Of a stretch of 64,000 bases of DNA, positions 9,515 to 21,081 are shown piece after piece; position 1 is the first letter of the stretch, and each line of letters begins with the position of its first letter. The position numbers and the translations under genes were made by a program. The notes under the pieces were generated by a model. That model did no database searches, was not told the origin of the DNA, and saw only the letters and a program-made list of their open reading frames with translations. The stretch is from an uncultured delta proteobacterium. Its GTDB lineage: Bacteria; Myxococcota_A; UBA9160; SMWR01. Location: assembly GCA_963832165.1 (NCBI GenBank), contig CAWHTE010000007.1:256001-320000 (forward strand). The letters are read 5' to 3'.

Positions 9515-11236
9515 ATGAGCAGCCTTGAAGTAGCTGTAAGTAATCACGAAACGACACCGAATCCCGGATCAGCCGCCATCTACTACGAACGCGACGGATT
9601 CGACACGTCGCGTCGGAAGCTGATGGGGCGCCACGTGGCAGGTGCCAGTTTCCTGAGCGCCATGGCGCGTTACGCGGCGGCGTCGGAACTCGTCGCGGTG
9701 ACCCCGACCGCGGAGCACTTCGCGGACTTCCAGGCGCGAGTCACGGCTGCGAAGGCGAGCCGGGCGGTCCGCTGGATCCCGGCGAGTGAGCCGGAAACGC
9801 TCGCCGAGGTGGGCTGTCTCTTCTATCCCGGCGTTCCGCCGGCGGATTGGGCCTGGATCCGCCGGCGCGATGGGCAGCGCCGCTTCAGCCTGTGTGGGAT
9901 CACGCACACAACCGCAAGCGTCCGCGCGATGAAGGCTGTCGGAGAGCTCCTCGTGGCGCCGTTCCAGAGCTGGGACGCTCTCATCTGTACCTCGAAAGCC
10001 GTCTACGAGATGGTCGAGCAGCTGCTCGATGGGTATGAGGACTATTTGAGCGCGCGAATGGGAGGGCTCAAGCCAGACCGACCACAGCGGCCGATCATCC
10101 CCCTCGGAGTCGATTGCGAAGCGCTCGCGCCGGGAACGATGGCGGCCTCCCGTGGACGCGCGCTGCGCGCGCGCGCCGGGATACCCCTCGACGCTTTCGT
10201 CGTTCTGTTCGTCGGCCGTCTCTCCTTCCATGCCAAGGCCCACCCTCTCCCGCTCTATCTCGCGCTCGAATGCGCGGCCCAGCGCAGTCCCGGCCCTCTC
10301 TACCTGCTGCTCGCGGGATGGTTCGCGAACGACGGCACCCAGAAGCAGTTCGAAGACGCGGCGCGGCTCTTCTGCCCATCCGTGCAAGTCGTCACCGTCG
10401 ATGGGCGCAATCCCGAGATTCAGCACGACGTCTGGCACGCGGCCGACATATTCGCATCGCCGTCTGACAACATTCAGGAGACGTTCGGCCTGGCACCCGT
10501 CGAAGCGATGGCCGCGGGCCTTCCCACCGTGGTCTCGGATTGGGACGGCTACCGCGACGGTCCTCGACACGGCGTGGAGGGCTTCCTGATCCCGACCTGG
10601 CTCGCTCCTGCGGGATCCGGAGAGGATCTCGCGCGGCGTCATCAGCTCGAAATCGACGACTACGATCACTACATCGGGCACGCCGGACAGTTTGCGGCCG
10701 TCGAAGTGGCCGCGATGGCGCGCGCCTTCGAGACGCTGATGGTGCGCCCCGAGCTGCGGCAGGAGATGGGTGTGCGCGCGCGCCGCCGCGCCGTCGCCGC
10801 CTTCGACTGGCCCGTGATCATCGCGCAATACGAAGAGCTCTGGACGGAGCTCGCGGCGAGGCGTTCCGCCGAGGAGGAGAACGCGCCGGTTCGGCCGCAC
10901 GCATCACCGGCACCGCTCAACGCCGATCCATTCGCGCTGTTCGCCGGCTATCCCTCCGAGCGCCTGCACGCCGACACGCTCGTGAGTCTCCTTCCCGGAG
11001 CGGTTCCGCACGCGCTTCACGAGCGGACGAGCTTGTTCATGAACGCATTGGCACGCGCGTTGATCTGCCGGCCCGAGACCCTCGACGCGCTCTTCACCGA
11101 GCTCGACCGACATCGTGAATGCAGGAGCGCTGACCTGCTCGGGGCGCTCTCGCCCGCGGATCGCCGCGCCGTCCAGCGAACGCTGGTGTGGCTCGCCAAG
11201 CTCGACCTCGTGCGACTCCGCAACCCGGATTCGTAG
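9515..11236 (+). CDS. Glycosyltransferase family 4 (GT-B) protein
   Basis: LFVGRL and ETFGLAPVEAMAAGLPTVVSDWDG GT4 signature. Confidence 0.9.
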   Translation: MSSLEVAVSNHETTPNPGSAAIYYERDGFDTSRRKLMGRHVAGASFLSAMARYAAASELVAVTPTAEHFADFQARVTAAKASRAVRWIPASEPETLAEVGCLFYPGVPPADWAWIRRRDGQRRFSLCGITHTTASVRAMKAVGELLVAPFQSWDALICTSKAVYEMVEQLLDGYEDYLSARMGGLKPDRPQRPIIPLGVDCEALAPGTMAASRGRALRARAGIPLDAFVVLFVGRLSFHAKAHPLPLYLALECAAQRSPGPLYLLLAGWFANDGTQKQFEDAARLFCPSVQVVTVDGRNPEIQHDVWHAADIFASPSDNIQETFGLAPVEAMAAGLPTVVSDWDGYRDGPRHGVEGFLIPTWLAPAGSGEDLARRHQLEIDDYDHYIGHAGQFAAVEVAAMARAFETLMVRPELRQEMGVRARRRAVAAFDWPVIIAQYEELWTELAARRSAEEENAPVRPHASPAPLNADPFALFAGYPSERLHADTLVSLLPGAVPHALHERTSLFMNALARALICRPETLDALFTELDRHRECRSADLLGALSPADRRAVQRTLVWLAKLDLVRLRNPDS

Positions 11237-11243
11237 AACGGAG

Positions 11244-12092
11244 ATGACTTCAACGGAAGCGGCGTTCCGTGGACTGGACCTTCGGCTGAGCCGGCTCCGT
11301 CCGTGGCGCCACGGCCTGATGCTCTTTCTGGCCGCCGACAAGATCATCGGCCGAGCGCTCGAGCTCTACGGCGAGTTCGCCGAAACCGAGAATCGCGTGA
11401 TGGTGCGGCTCGTCGGGGCGGGCGACCTCGTGCTGGATGTCGGAGCCAACGTCGGCACCGTCACGCTCCCGCTCGCCGCGCACGTCGGGCCGAGTGGCCG
11501 GGTGATCGCATTCGAACCGCAACGGCTGGTCTTTCAGCATCTGTGCGCGAACATCGCGCTGAACGGCCTGACCAACGTCGACGCGCGATGGGCTGCGGTC
11601 GGCGCGACCGCGGGGAGCGCTCGCATCCCGGCGCTCGATCCCACGCTCGCCGAGAACTTCGGCGCGACACGGCTGGCCGCGGATGGTGAGGTGGTCGCGG
11701 TGACACCCATCGACAGCTTGCAGCTCGAGCGGTGCGACCTGATCAAGATCGACGTCGAAGGGATGGAAGACGACGTGCTGAGAGGCGCGGAGCACACCAT
11801 CGCGAAGCACCGTCCGGCATTGTATTTCGAAGCCAAAAAGAGTGATAACACACGATGGTGTCTATCGTGGCTGTTGCAGCGGGACTATCGCCTCTACTGG
11901 CACTTCGCGCCGTTCTTCAGCCGACCGAATCATCGCGGGCTGGACCACAATGTGTTCGGCGATTACGGAGACATCAACGCGCTGGCGCTTCCAGGGGAAA
12001 GCAACAGGCACCTGCACATGCCCCCGGTAACCGCTGCCGATGCCGATTGGCAGGTGGCCTACCACCGTTGGGGCGATGAACAGAAGCGCTAG
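11244..12092 (+). CDS. FkbM family SAM-dependent methyltransferase
   Basis: VLDVGANVG, VIAFEP, IKIDVEGME; GGAG RBS before ATG 11244. Confidence 0.92.
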   Translation: MTSTEAAFRGLDLRLSRLRPWRHGLMLFLAADKIIGRALELYGEFAETENRVMVRLVGAGDLVLDVGANVGTVTLPLAAHVGPSGRVIAFEPQRLVFQHLCANIALNGLTNVDARWAAVGATAGSARIPALDPTLAENFGATRLAADGEVVAVTPIDSLQLERCDLIKIDVEGMEDDVLRGAEHTIAKHRPALYFEAKKSDNTRWCLSWLLQRDYRLYWHFAPFFSRPNHRGLDHNVFGDYGDINALALPGESNRHLHMPPVTAADADWQVAYHRWGDEQKR

Positions 12093-12183
12093 CGCTACGC
12101 GACTGCCTGGCGTTCTCGTAGGCGGTCGTGTCGAGCTCGCTAGGGGATGCTCCCGGACCCGCGCGAGAACGCGATCCGGATCG

Positions 12184-13038
12184 TCAGCGCTGTGCGTTCG
12201 TCGTCGCTGCGGGGGCAGGGCTCGTCGCGCAGTCGAACGTCATTCCGATCCGGCCCCAACGCATCTCGCCGACCAGGAGCTTGATCCAGGTGAGCGGATT
12301 CAGCATCGCGAGCCACGAGTGGTTGTTGTTCCACGACCAGTAGTTGATCAGCACCGGGCCTTTCAGGTTGTCGTGGTGCACGGTTCCCCACGCGCGGCTG
12401 TCGTTCGAGTTGTCGCGGTTGTCGCCCATCAGGAAATAGTGATCGGGGGGGACCGTCATCGGCGCCTGGGTGAGGCCGCCGCTGCCCGGAATGTCGAGCA
12501 CGGCGTGGTAGCAGCCGCCGAGGTCCTCCTCGAGCACGCGCATCTTCACGCCGCGCTCGTCGACGAACTCCTGGGCGAGATCGCGCTGGGAAGCGACCTT
12601 CCCGTTCAGGATGAGCCTTCCATCCCGGTACGCCACGGTGTCGCCGGGAAGCCCGACGATCCGCTTGACGAAGCCCTCCTCGGCGTAGTCGGGGCATTGA
12701 TCGAGCGGGCAGATCACGCCGCTCGGCCCGCGCCCGAGAGCGAACACGGCGATCTCGCCGCGCTTCGGGTCGCGTACCGGACGCACCTGGATGCCCGTGA
12801 ACGGCACGTGCGCGCCATACATGAACTTCGACACGAAGACGTGATCGCCGATCAGCATGGTCGACAGCATCGAGCCCGAGGGCACGTAGTAGGACTCGAT
12901 GATCACGGCGCGGATCGCGAGCGCGATCAACACCGCGAGCGCGATCGGCCCGACCTGGTCCCAGACGCGGCGAATCAAACTCGAATCTTCGGTCTCCGGC
13001 TCGGGCGCCGGCTTCTTCTTGTTGGGGCTCGGGCTCAA
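12184..13038 (-). CDS. lepB: Signal peptidase I
   Basis: VPSGSM (catalytic Ser), FVKRIVGLPGD (Lys), MGDNRDNSNDSR; TTG start with GGAG RBS. Confidence 0.95.
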   Translation of the reverse strand: MSPSPNKKKPAPEPETEDSSLIRRVWDQVGPIALAVLIALAIRAVIIESYYVPSGSMLSTMLIGDHVFVSKFMYGAHVPFTGIQVRPVRDPKRGEIAVFALGRGPSGVICPLDQCPDYAEEGFVKRIVGLPGDTVAYRDGRLILNGKVASQRDLAQEFVDERGVKMRVLEEDLGGCYHAVLDIPGSGGLTQAPMTVPPDHYFLMGDNRDNSNDSRAWGTVHHDNLKGPVLINYWSWNNNHSWLAMLNPLTWIKLLVGEMRWGRIGMTFDCATSPAPAATTNAQR

Positions 13039-13071
13039 GGATTCTCCCGGTTTGGTGCGCCGAGGCGCGCA

Positions 13072-13081
13072 ATGGTAGGTT
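13072..13081. promoter_or_regulatory. Putative bidirectional promoter (overlapping -10 boxes TACCAT on minus, TAGGTT on plus)
   Basis: ATGGTAGGTT between the divergent lepB and GFA genes. Confidence 0.5.
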
Positions 13082-13124
13082 GCCCCTCGCACGCGCGCCC
13101 GCGCGCGGAGCGCGGAGTAGGCGA

Positions 13125-13547
13125 ATGGCAGAGCGAAGCGTGACCGGATCGTGCCTGTGCGGCGAGGTGCAGCTGCGAGTGAGGATGCCCACACTCGCGT
13201 GTGTGCACTGTCACTGCACGATGTGCCAGCGCAACCACGGCGCGGGCTACGTCACGTGGGTGGCGGTGGCGCGCGAGAACGTGGCGGTCACGTCGGGCGC
13301 TGAACAGCTCGTGGTGTATCGCTCGTCCGAACACGGCACGCGCTCGTTCTGCGGCCGCTGCGGCAGCTCGCTCCTGTGCGACATTGCACTCCACCCGACC
13401 CAGATCGACGTGGTGCTCACGTGCCTGCACGGTCCGATCGATCGCGAGCCGCAGATGCACATCCACTTCGACGACCGGGCGGCGTGGACCGCCGTGGGCG
13501 ACGATCTTCCGCGGCTCGGCGGCAGGACCGGCCTCGAACCGATCTAG
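13125..13547 (+). CDS. GFA (glutathione-dependent formaldehyde-activating / CENP-V) family Zn protein
   Basis: GSCLCG, CHCTMC, RSFCGRCGS. Confidence 0.92.
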   Translation: MAERSVTGSCLCGEVQLRVRMPTLACVHCHCTMCQRNHGAGYVTWVAVARENVAVTSGAEQLVVYRSSEHGTRSFCGRCGSSLLCDIALHPTQIDVVLTCLHGPIDREPQMHIHFDDRAAWTAVGDDLPRLGGRTGLEPI

Positions 13548-13936
13548 GCCTCGTCTTCGGGCGTCGCGGGGCGCATCGCGTCGAAGCTCCAGAACGCGCG
13601 CATCGACGCGATCTTGCCGTCGTCGCGGAACGCCATCACGCTGATGATGTCGAGAACCTGCCTGGGTCCGCCCTCGGGCCCGATCAGCACCTTGAGCGGC
13701 GTGGCGGCCTCGCGTCCGGCCACGTGCACGGGCCCGACGCGCTTCATCGTCACCGAGCCCGCGGCCGCCTGGTAGAACTTGCGGATCGCATCGGTCCCGC
13801 GGTGGGGCGGCGCTCCGATCGGGTCTTCGATCGTGGCGTCGTCGGCGTAGAGCGCGACGATCCCCTCCACGTCGCCCTTCGTCACCATCTCGGGGTAGCG
13901 CTCGTAGAGCTTGCGGATCTGGTTTGCGTCGATCAT
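13544..13936 (-). CDS. SnoaL/NTF2-like (ketosteroid isomerase-like) protein
   Basis: LYADDATIEDPIG and DGKIASMRAFW motifs. Confidence 0.85.
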   Translation of the reverse strand: MIDANQIRKLYERYPEMVTKGDVEGIVALYADDATIEDPIGAPPHRGTDAIRKFYQAAAGSVTMKRVGPVHVAGREAATPLKVLIGPEGGPRQVLDIISVMAFRDDGKIASMRAFWSFDAMRPATPEDEA

Positions 13937-13956
13937 GGGGGTCCTCCTGAATTCGC

Positions 13957-15488
13957 CTAACGCACAGCAGCGCTGGTGCTCGAGAGCAGTGCGCCGACCG
14001 AGTCGCGCGCCCAGTCGAGCACGTTCACCTCGCCGATGATCGGCAGCGCGCCGTTCGGGAACAGTCCGAGGTAGAGAACGCCTGCGGCACAAACGGCGAG
14101 CACGGCGATCTCGCCGCTGTCGAGCCCGACGCGCGGAGCCTCGTCGCCGGGATCGCGCATGTACATGAGCACCGGAATGCGCAGGTAGTAGTAGACCGAC
14201 ACGACGCTCATCATCACGCCCAGAATCGCGAGCGGAACCTGGCCTGCGTCGACCGCGGACTTGAAGATCAGGAATTTGCCCGTGAACCCGGCCGTGCCGG
14301 GGATCCCCGCGAGCGCGACCATGAACAGCGTCATGAGCGCGGCGAGCCCGGGCCGGCGCTGCGCGAGGCCCGCGAGCGAGCTCATGCGCTCACAGTCCTG
14401 ACCTCGATTCGCGAGCGCCACCACCACGCCGAATGCGCCCAGGTTCATGAACAGATAGGCGATCAGGTAGAACACGACCGCGGAGTAGCCCTCGGCGGTG
14501 CCGGGCACGAAGCCGATCAACAGGTAGCCCGCGTGCGCGATGCTCGAGTAGGCGAGCAGCCGTTTGACGTTCTCCTGGATCACGGCCATCACATTGCCGA
14601 CCACGAGCGTGGCCGCCGCGAGCACCCAGAGCAGGTTCCCGAGCAGATCGCCGAGCGGCTCGAACGAGAGCGCGAGCACGCGCAGGAACGCCGCGAATGC
14701 GGCGATCTTCACGGTCACGCTCATGAACGCAGTCACCGCGGAGGGCGCTCCCTCGTAGACGTCGGGCGTCCACTGGTGGAACGGCACCGACGAGATCTTG
14801 AACGCGAAGCCCACGACCACGAAGCCGAGCCCCGCGACCGCGAGCGGGTTCGCCGGATCGAATGCGGCCCGGATGCCCGCGAACGACGTCGTCCCGGCCA
14901 CGCCGTAGAGCAGCGCCACGCCGTAGAGCAGGATCGCGCTCGCGAACGAGCCGATCAGGAAGTACTTCATCGCCGATTCGTTGCTGCGAAGACGCCGGCG
15001 ATCGAAGCCTGCGAGCACATAGATCGGGATGCTCATGAGCTCGAGGCCCAGGAATACCGGCAGCATGTCGACCGCGGCCACCAGGAGCATCATCCCCGAG
15101 GTCGCGAACAGGATCAGCGCGTAGAACTCGCCGTGGTTGATGCGCAGCTCGTCGAGATAGTGCATCGACAGCGCGCACGAGAGCAGCGCTGCGAGCCCGA
15201 TCACGGCGGTCACGAGCGCCGAGAACGGATCGAGCTGGAACATCGGATGGCCGACTTCGAAGGCCAGCGCGGTGCCCAATCGCGCGACGTCGGCGGCCAT
15301 GTAGGTGGCCGCGCCGAGCGAGAGCATCGAGATCAGCGCGAGCACGCTGCCGATGTACGACTCGGTGAGGCGCCGGCCCAGCAGCGTCTTGCGGCGCGAG
15401 AGCAGCACCTCGCCCACGAGCACGAACATCGCACCCGCACCCACGGCCACCATGGGACCGAGTACGGAGAGGTTGAGCTGGGGCGGGG

Positions 15489-15492
<4 letters not shown>
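13957..15492 (-). CDS. nuoN: NADH-quinone oxidoreductase subunit N
   Basis: FKISSVPFHQWTPDVYEGAP, KRLLAYSSIAHAGY. Confidence 0.95.
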
Positions 15493-17105
<1,613 letters not shown>

Positions 17106-17107
17106 CA

Positions 17108-19126
17108 CTAACTCAGCAGGTACCAGAGGATCGCCGCGGTGCCCGCGAGCATCGACGCGACATATCCCTGGGCGAGGCCCGATTGCAGTCGGCGCAGACC
17201 CGCTGACGCGAACAGCTGCACCGCGCGCGCGCTCCCGTTCACGGCCACGGTGTCGATCAGGCCCGCGTCGACGGCGCGGTACAACACCGCGTCGGAGACG
17301 CGCACGAGCGGGCGCACGATCATTGCATCGTAGATCTCGTCGACGTAGTACTTGTTCGCGAGCAGCCTGTGGAGGCCCGCGAAGCGCGGCGCAGGCAGCT
17401 CGGGGCGCGCGGCGTACAGGCGGTAGGCGATCACCCACCCGAACACCGCGATTCCGATCGCCACGCCCATCATCGCGTACTCGGTCGCGTGCGAGATGTG
17501 GTGCGGCGCAGCGCTCGGCCAGATCGGCGACAACCAGTTCGCGAGGCTGTGCGGGTTCTCGACACCGAACCAGTCGCCGATGACCTGGGGAATGCCGAGC
17601 ACGCCGCCCACGGCCGACAGCGCCGCGAGTGCGATCAGCGGATTGGTGACCCAGTTCACGGGCTCGTGCGCGTGCTCGTAGACGTCCTTCGACGCGCGCG
17701 TCTCGCCGTGGAACACGAGGTAGTACAGCCGCCACATGTAGAACGCGGTGATCCCTGCCGTGAGCAGCCCGATGCCGTAGAGGATCTCTGCGCCCGGCAC
17801 GTGCGATGCGAACGCGCTCGCGAGGATCTCGTCCTTGGAGAAGAAGCCCGAGAACGGCGGGAAGCCCGAGATCGCATAGACACCGCAGAAGAACACGAGA
17901 TGGGTGAGCGGAATCCTGCGCCGCAGGCCGCCCATCTTCATGATGTCCTGCTCGTGGTGCATCGCGAGGATCACCGCGCCCGCGCCCAGGAAGAGCAGCG
18001 CCTTGAAGAACGCGTGGGTCACGAGGTGGAAGATCGCGCCCGTGTAACCGCCGCATCCCGCGGCGAGGAACATGTAGCCGAGCTGGCTCACCGTGGAGTA
18101 CGCGAGCACTTTCTTGATGTCGGTCTGCGCGATCGCGATCGTGGCCGCGAACAGCGCCGTGAGCGCGCCCGTCCACGCGATCACCGCGCTCGCGAACGGC
18201 GCCGCCGCGTACAGGAACGACAGGCGGCACACCATGTACACGCCCGCGGTGACCATCGTGGCCGCGTGGATCAGCGCCGACACGGGCGTCGGGCCCGCCA
18301 TCGCGTCGGGCAGCCACACATAGAGCGGGATCTGCGCCGACTTGCCGGCCGCGCCCACGAACAGGCACAGCCCGATCACGTCCACGAGGCGCCACTCCGA
18401 GCCCCACGGCGTCGCGATCGTCCGCTCGGCGATCGCGGCGAAGTGCTGCGAGATGTCGGCGAAGCCGACACCCGCGGGCACGCCCGCCTCCACGAACGAC
18501 GCGAACAGCAGGAAGATCCCGATCAGGAAGCCGAAGTCGCCCACGCGGTTGACGATGAAGGCCTTGCTGCCGCAGTAGGCGTTGTGGCGATCGCTGTACC
18601 AGAACCCGATCAACAGATAGGAGCAGAGGCCTACACCCTCCCAGCCCAGGAACATCAGCACGAGGTTGTCGGCCAGCACCAGCACGAGCATCGAGAACGT
18701 GAACAGGTTCATGTAACAGAAGAAGCGCTGGAATCCGCGGTCGTCGCGGTGGTCGTCGTCCATGTACCCGACCGAGTACACGTGGATCAGCAAGCCGACG
18801 CCCGTGACCACGAGCGCCATCACCGCCGAGAGCGGATCGACGCGCAGCGCGAGCTCGGCCGTGAAGCGCGTCGCGCCGATGCCCGCCCCGAACCAGGTGC
18901 TCAGGCGGTCGACGAGCACGCTGCCCTCGGGCATGCCGACGAGCTTCGAGAACGCGATGCACGAGATCAGGAACGAGAGCGCGACGCTGCCGCACGACAG
19001 AGCGATCACGACCGGCCGCGGCGTGCTGCGCCGCACGATGCCGATCGCCACGCCGTGGAACGCCGCGGCCAGGAGTGGCAGCAGCGGAATCCAGCGCAGC
19101 AGGTTCTCCGCGGTTTCGTTCACCAC
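17108..19126 (-). CDS. nuoL: NADH-quinone oxidoreductase subunit L
   Basis: GKSAQIPLYVWLPDAMAGPTPVSALIHAATMV. Confidence 0.96.
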   Translation of the reverse strand: MVNETAENLLRWIPLLPLLAAAFHGVAIGIVRRSTPRPVVIALSCGSVALSFLISCIAFSKLVGMPEGSVLVDRLSTWFGAGIGATRFTAELALRVDPLSAVMALVVTGVGLLIHVYSVGYMDDDHRDDRGFQRFFCYMNLFTFSMLVLVLADNLVLMFLGWEGVGLCSYLLIGFWYSDRHNAYCGSKAFIVNRVGDFGFLIGIFLLFASFVEAGVPAGVGFADISQHFAAIAERTIATPWGSEWRLVDVIGLCLFVGAAGKSAQIPLYVWLPDAMAGPTPVSALIHAATMVTAGVYMVCRLSFLYAAAPFASAVIAWTGALTALFAATIAIAQTDIKKVLAYSTVSQLGYMFLAAGCGGYTGAIFHLVTHAFFKALLFLGAGAVILAMHHEQDIMKMGGLRRRIPLTHLVFFCGVYAISGFPPFSGFFSKDEILASAFASHVPGAEILYGIGLLTAGITAFYMWRLYYLVFHGETRASKDVYEHAHEPVNWVTNPLIALAALSAVGGVLGIPQVIGDWFGVENPHSLANWLSPIWPSAAPHHISHATEYAMMGVAIGIAVFGWVIAYRLYAARPELPAPRFAGLHRLLANKYYVDEIYDAMIVRPLVRVSDAVLYRAVDAGLIDTVAVNGSARAVQLFASAGLRRLQSGLAQGYVASMLAGTAAILWYLLS

Positions 19127-19425
19127 TTGAGCAGACTCACGTCTTCGATGTTCACGGAATCCCGGTTGCGGAACATCGAGATCACGATGCCGAGCCCCAC
19201 CGCCACCTCGGCCGCCGCGACCGTGATCACCATCAGCACGAACACGTGGCCGTCGTAGTTCGCGGGCCAGAGCCGGTTGAAGCCCACGAACGCGAGGTTC
19301 ACGGCGTTGAGCATCAGCTCGATCGACATCAGGATCACGATCATGTTGCGGCGCGTGACGACACCCACGACGCCGATCGCGAACAGGATCCCCGAGAGTC
19401 CGATCACGTGGTCGAGCGGAATCAT
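19120..19425 (-). CDS. nuoK: NADH-quinone oxidoreductase subunit K
   Basis: SIELMLNAVNL, VAAAEVAVGLG. Confidence 0.96.
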   Translation of the reverse strand: MIPLDHVIGLSGILFAIGVVGVVTRRNMIVILMSIELMLNAVNLAFVGFNRLWPANYDGHVFVLMVITVAAAEVAVGLGIVISMFRNRDSVNIEDVSLLKW

Positions 19426-19432
19426 GGGCGCC

Positions 19433-19933
19433 TCAATCGATCTTCCGCTTCGCGAGGATCAGCGCACCCACGATCGCGGCCGTGAGCAGGAGCGACGCCA
19501 TCTCGACGAGCAGGATGTAGTCGGTGTAGAGGGCGATCCCGACGGACCGGTAGCCGCCGAAGCCCGCCGGCAGCGGTGGCGCCGCGGGCAGCGCACCGAC
19601 GCGGCGCATCACCTCGGCCACCCCGAACACGCCGAGCAGCGCGCCCGCGAGCTTGGTCAAGCGCGCGCGGCCGGGTGCGAAGTCGTCGCTGCGCAGATTG
19701 AGCAGCATCACGACGAACAGGAACAACACCACGATCGCACCCGCGTAGACCATGATCTGGATCGCCGCGACGAGATGCGCCTCGAGCAAGAGGTAGATGA
19801 TCGCGAGCGCCACCATCGTGACCACGAGAGAGAGCGCCGCGGCGACGGTGTTGCGCGTGTTCAGCACCATCCCGAGCGCTGCGAGCACCGAGAGCACGGC
19901 GAACAGGTAGAACAGGAATACCGGAACCGTCAC
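19433..19933 (-). CDS. nuoJ: NADH-quinone oxidoreductase subunit J
   Basis: QIMVYAGAIVVLFLFVVMLLN; GTGA overlap with the nuoH stop. Confidence 0.95.
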   Translation of the reverse strand: MTVPVFLFYLFAVLSVLAALGMVLNTRNTVAAALSLVVTMVALAIIYLLLEAHLVAAIQIMVYAGAIVVLFLFVVMLLNLRSDDFAPGRARLTKLAGALLGVFGVAEVMRRVGALPAAPPLPAGFGGYRSVGIALYTDYILLVEMASLLLTAAIVGALILAKRKID

Positions 19934-21081
19934 GGCGTCCCCTTCACGAGCAGGATCACGAAGCCGGTCACGAAGATGTTCGCGATCGAGAGCGGCAGGA
20001 TGATCTTCCAGCACAGGTCCATCACCTGGTCGTACCGGAAGCGCGGCAGCGTCCAGCGCAGGAGCATCTGGACCCAGATCATCACCACCACCTTGATCAT
20101 GAAGGTGAGGAAGTGGAGGAGGATGCAGATGCCGTTCGCGAAGCCCTCGTTGAACACGGGGCTGATCGCGCCGACGATCGTCTCCGTGGAGAGATAGGGA
20201 ATCGCCCAGCCGCCCAGGAACAGCGTGGCGATCAGGCCCGCGATCACCACGACCTCGATGAACTCGGACATGAAGAACAGGCCGAAGCGCATGCCCGAGT
20301 ACTCGATGAAGTAGCCCGCGATCAGCTCCGACTCGCCTTCGGGCAGGTCGAACGGCGGCCGCTTGTTCTCGGCCATGATCGTGGTCAGGAACATCAGGAA
20401 GCCGAGCGGCTGATAGAACAGGCCCCAGGCCGGCAGGCGCACCCAGTCGAGCCACTGCGGCACGGGTACGCCGAGCAGGTGCTCGAGGAAGCCGAGCACG
20501 CGGAACGTGGTGTCCTGCGCGATAACCATGTCCTGGAGCTGGAGCGTCTGGAACACCATGAAGATGCCGACGACCGACAGCCCCATCGTGACCTCGTACG
20601 AGATCATCTGGGCCGACGCGCGCAGGCCGCCGAGCAGCGACCAGTTGTTGTTGCTCGCCCAGCCCGCCATCACGGTGCCGTAGGTGGCGATCGAGCCGAT
20701 CGCGAAGATGTAGAGCAGGCCCCAGTCGGGGTTGGCGGCCACGAGCGAGATCGTGTGCGAGCCGAACGTGTAGACGCCGCCGAACGGAATCACCGCGTAG
20801 GCGATCACGGCGGGCACCGCGGCGATGACTGGCGCGATCAGGTGCATCACCCGGTTCGCGCCCGTCGGAACGACGTCTTCCTTCGAGAGCAGCTTGAACA
20901 CGTCGGCGAGCGGGTGGAGCAGGCCGAGCACCGTGATCCCGGCGATGTCGGCGCGGTTCGCGCCGATCCGGTCCTGCATCACGGCGCTCTGCTTGCGTTC
21001 GATCCACGTGATCACGGGCGCGAGCGCGGCCACCACCACGAGCAGGATGAACAGCGACTTGATCACTACCTCGACGATCAC
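19930..21081 (-). CDS. nuoH: NADH-quinone oxidoreductase subunit H
   Basis: ERK..A.MQDRIG, AQMISYEV, PFDLPEGESEL, PRFRYDQ. Confidence 0.95.
   Translation of the reverse strand: MIVEVVIKSLFILLVVVAALAPVITWIERKQSAVMQDRIGANRADIAGITVLGLLHPLADVFKLLSKEDVVPTGANRVMHLIAPVIAAVPAVIAYAVIPFGGVYTFGSHTISLVAANPDWGLLYIFAIGSIATYGTVMAGWASNNNWSLLGGLRASAQMISYEVTMGLSVVGIFMVFQTLQLQDMVIAQDTTFRVLGFLEHLLGVPVPQWLDWVRLPAWGLFYQPLGFLMFLTTIMAENKRPPFDLPEGESELIAGYFIEYSGMRFGLFFMSEFIEVVVIAGLIATLFLGGWAIPYLSTETIVGAISPVFNEGFANGICILLHFLTFMIKVVVMIWVQMLLRWTLPRFRYDQVMDLCWKIILPLSIANIFVTGFVILLVKGTP

Noticed and set aside
9336..9518. 60-aa ORF across the repeat array
   Set aside because: The 28-bp period is not a multiple of three, codon usage is atypical and there is no RBS; it is likely a by-product of the repeats.
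8587..12092. Prophage or integrative element defined by the recombinase
   Set aside because: No phage, conjugation or replication genes, no tRNA target and no flanking att repeats were seen, and the recombinase active site is degenerate.
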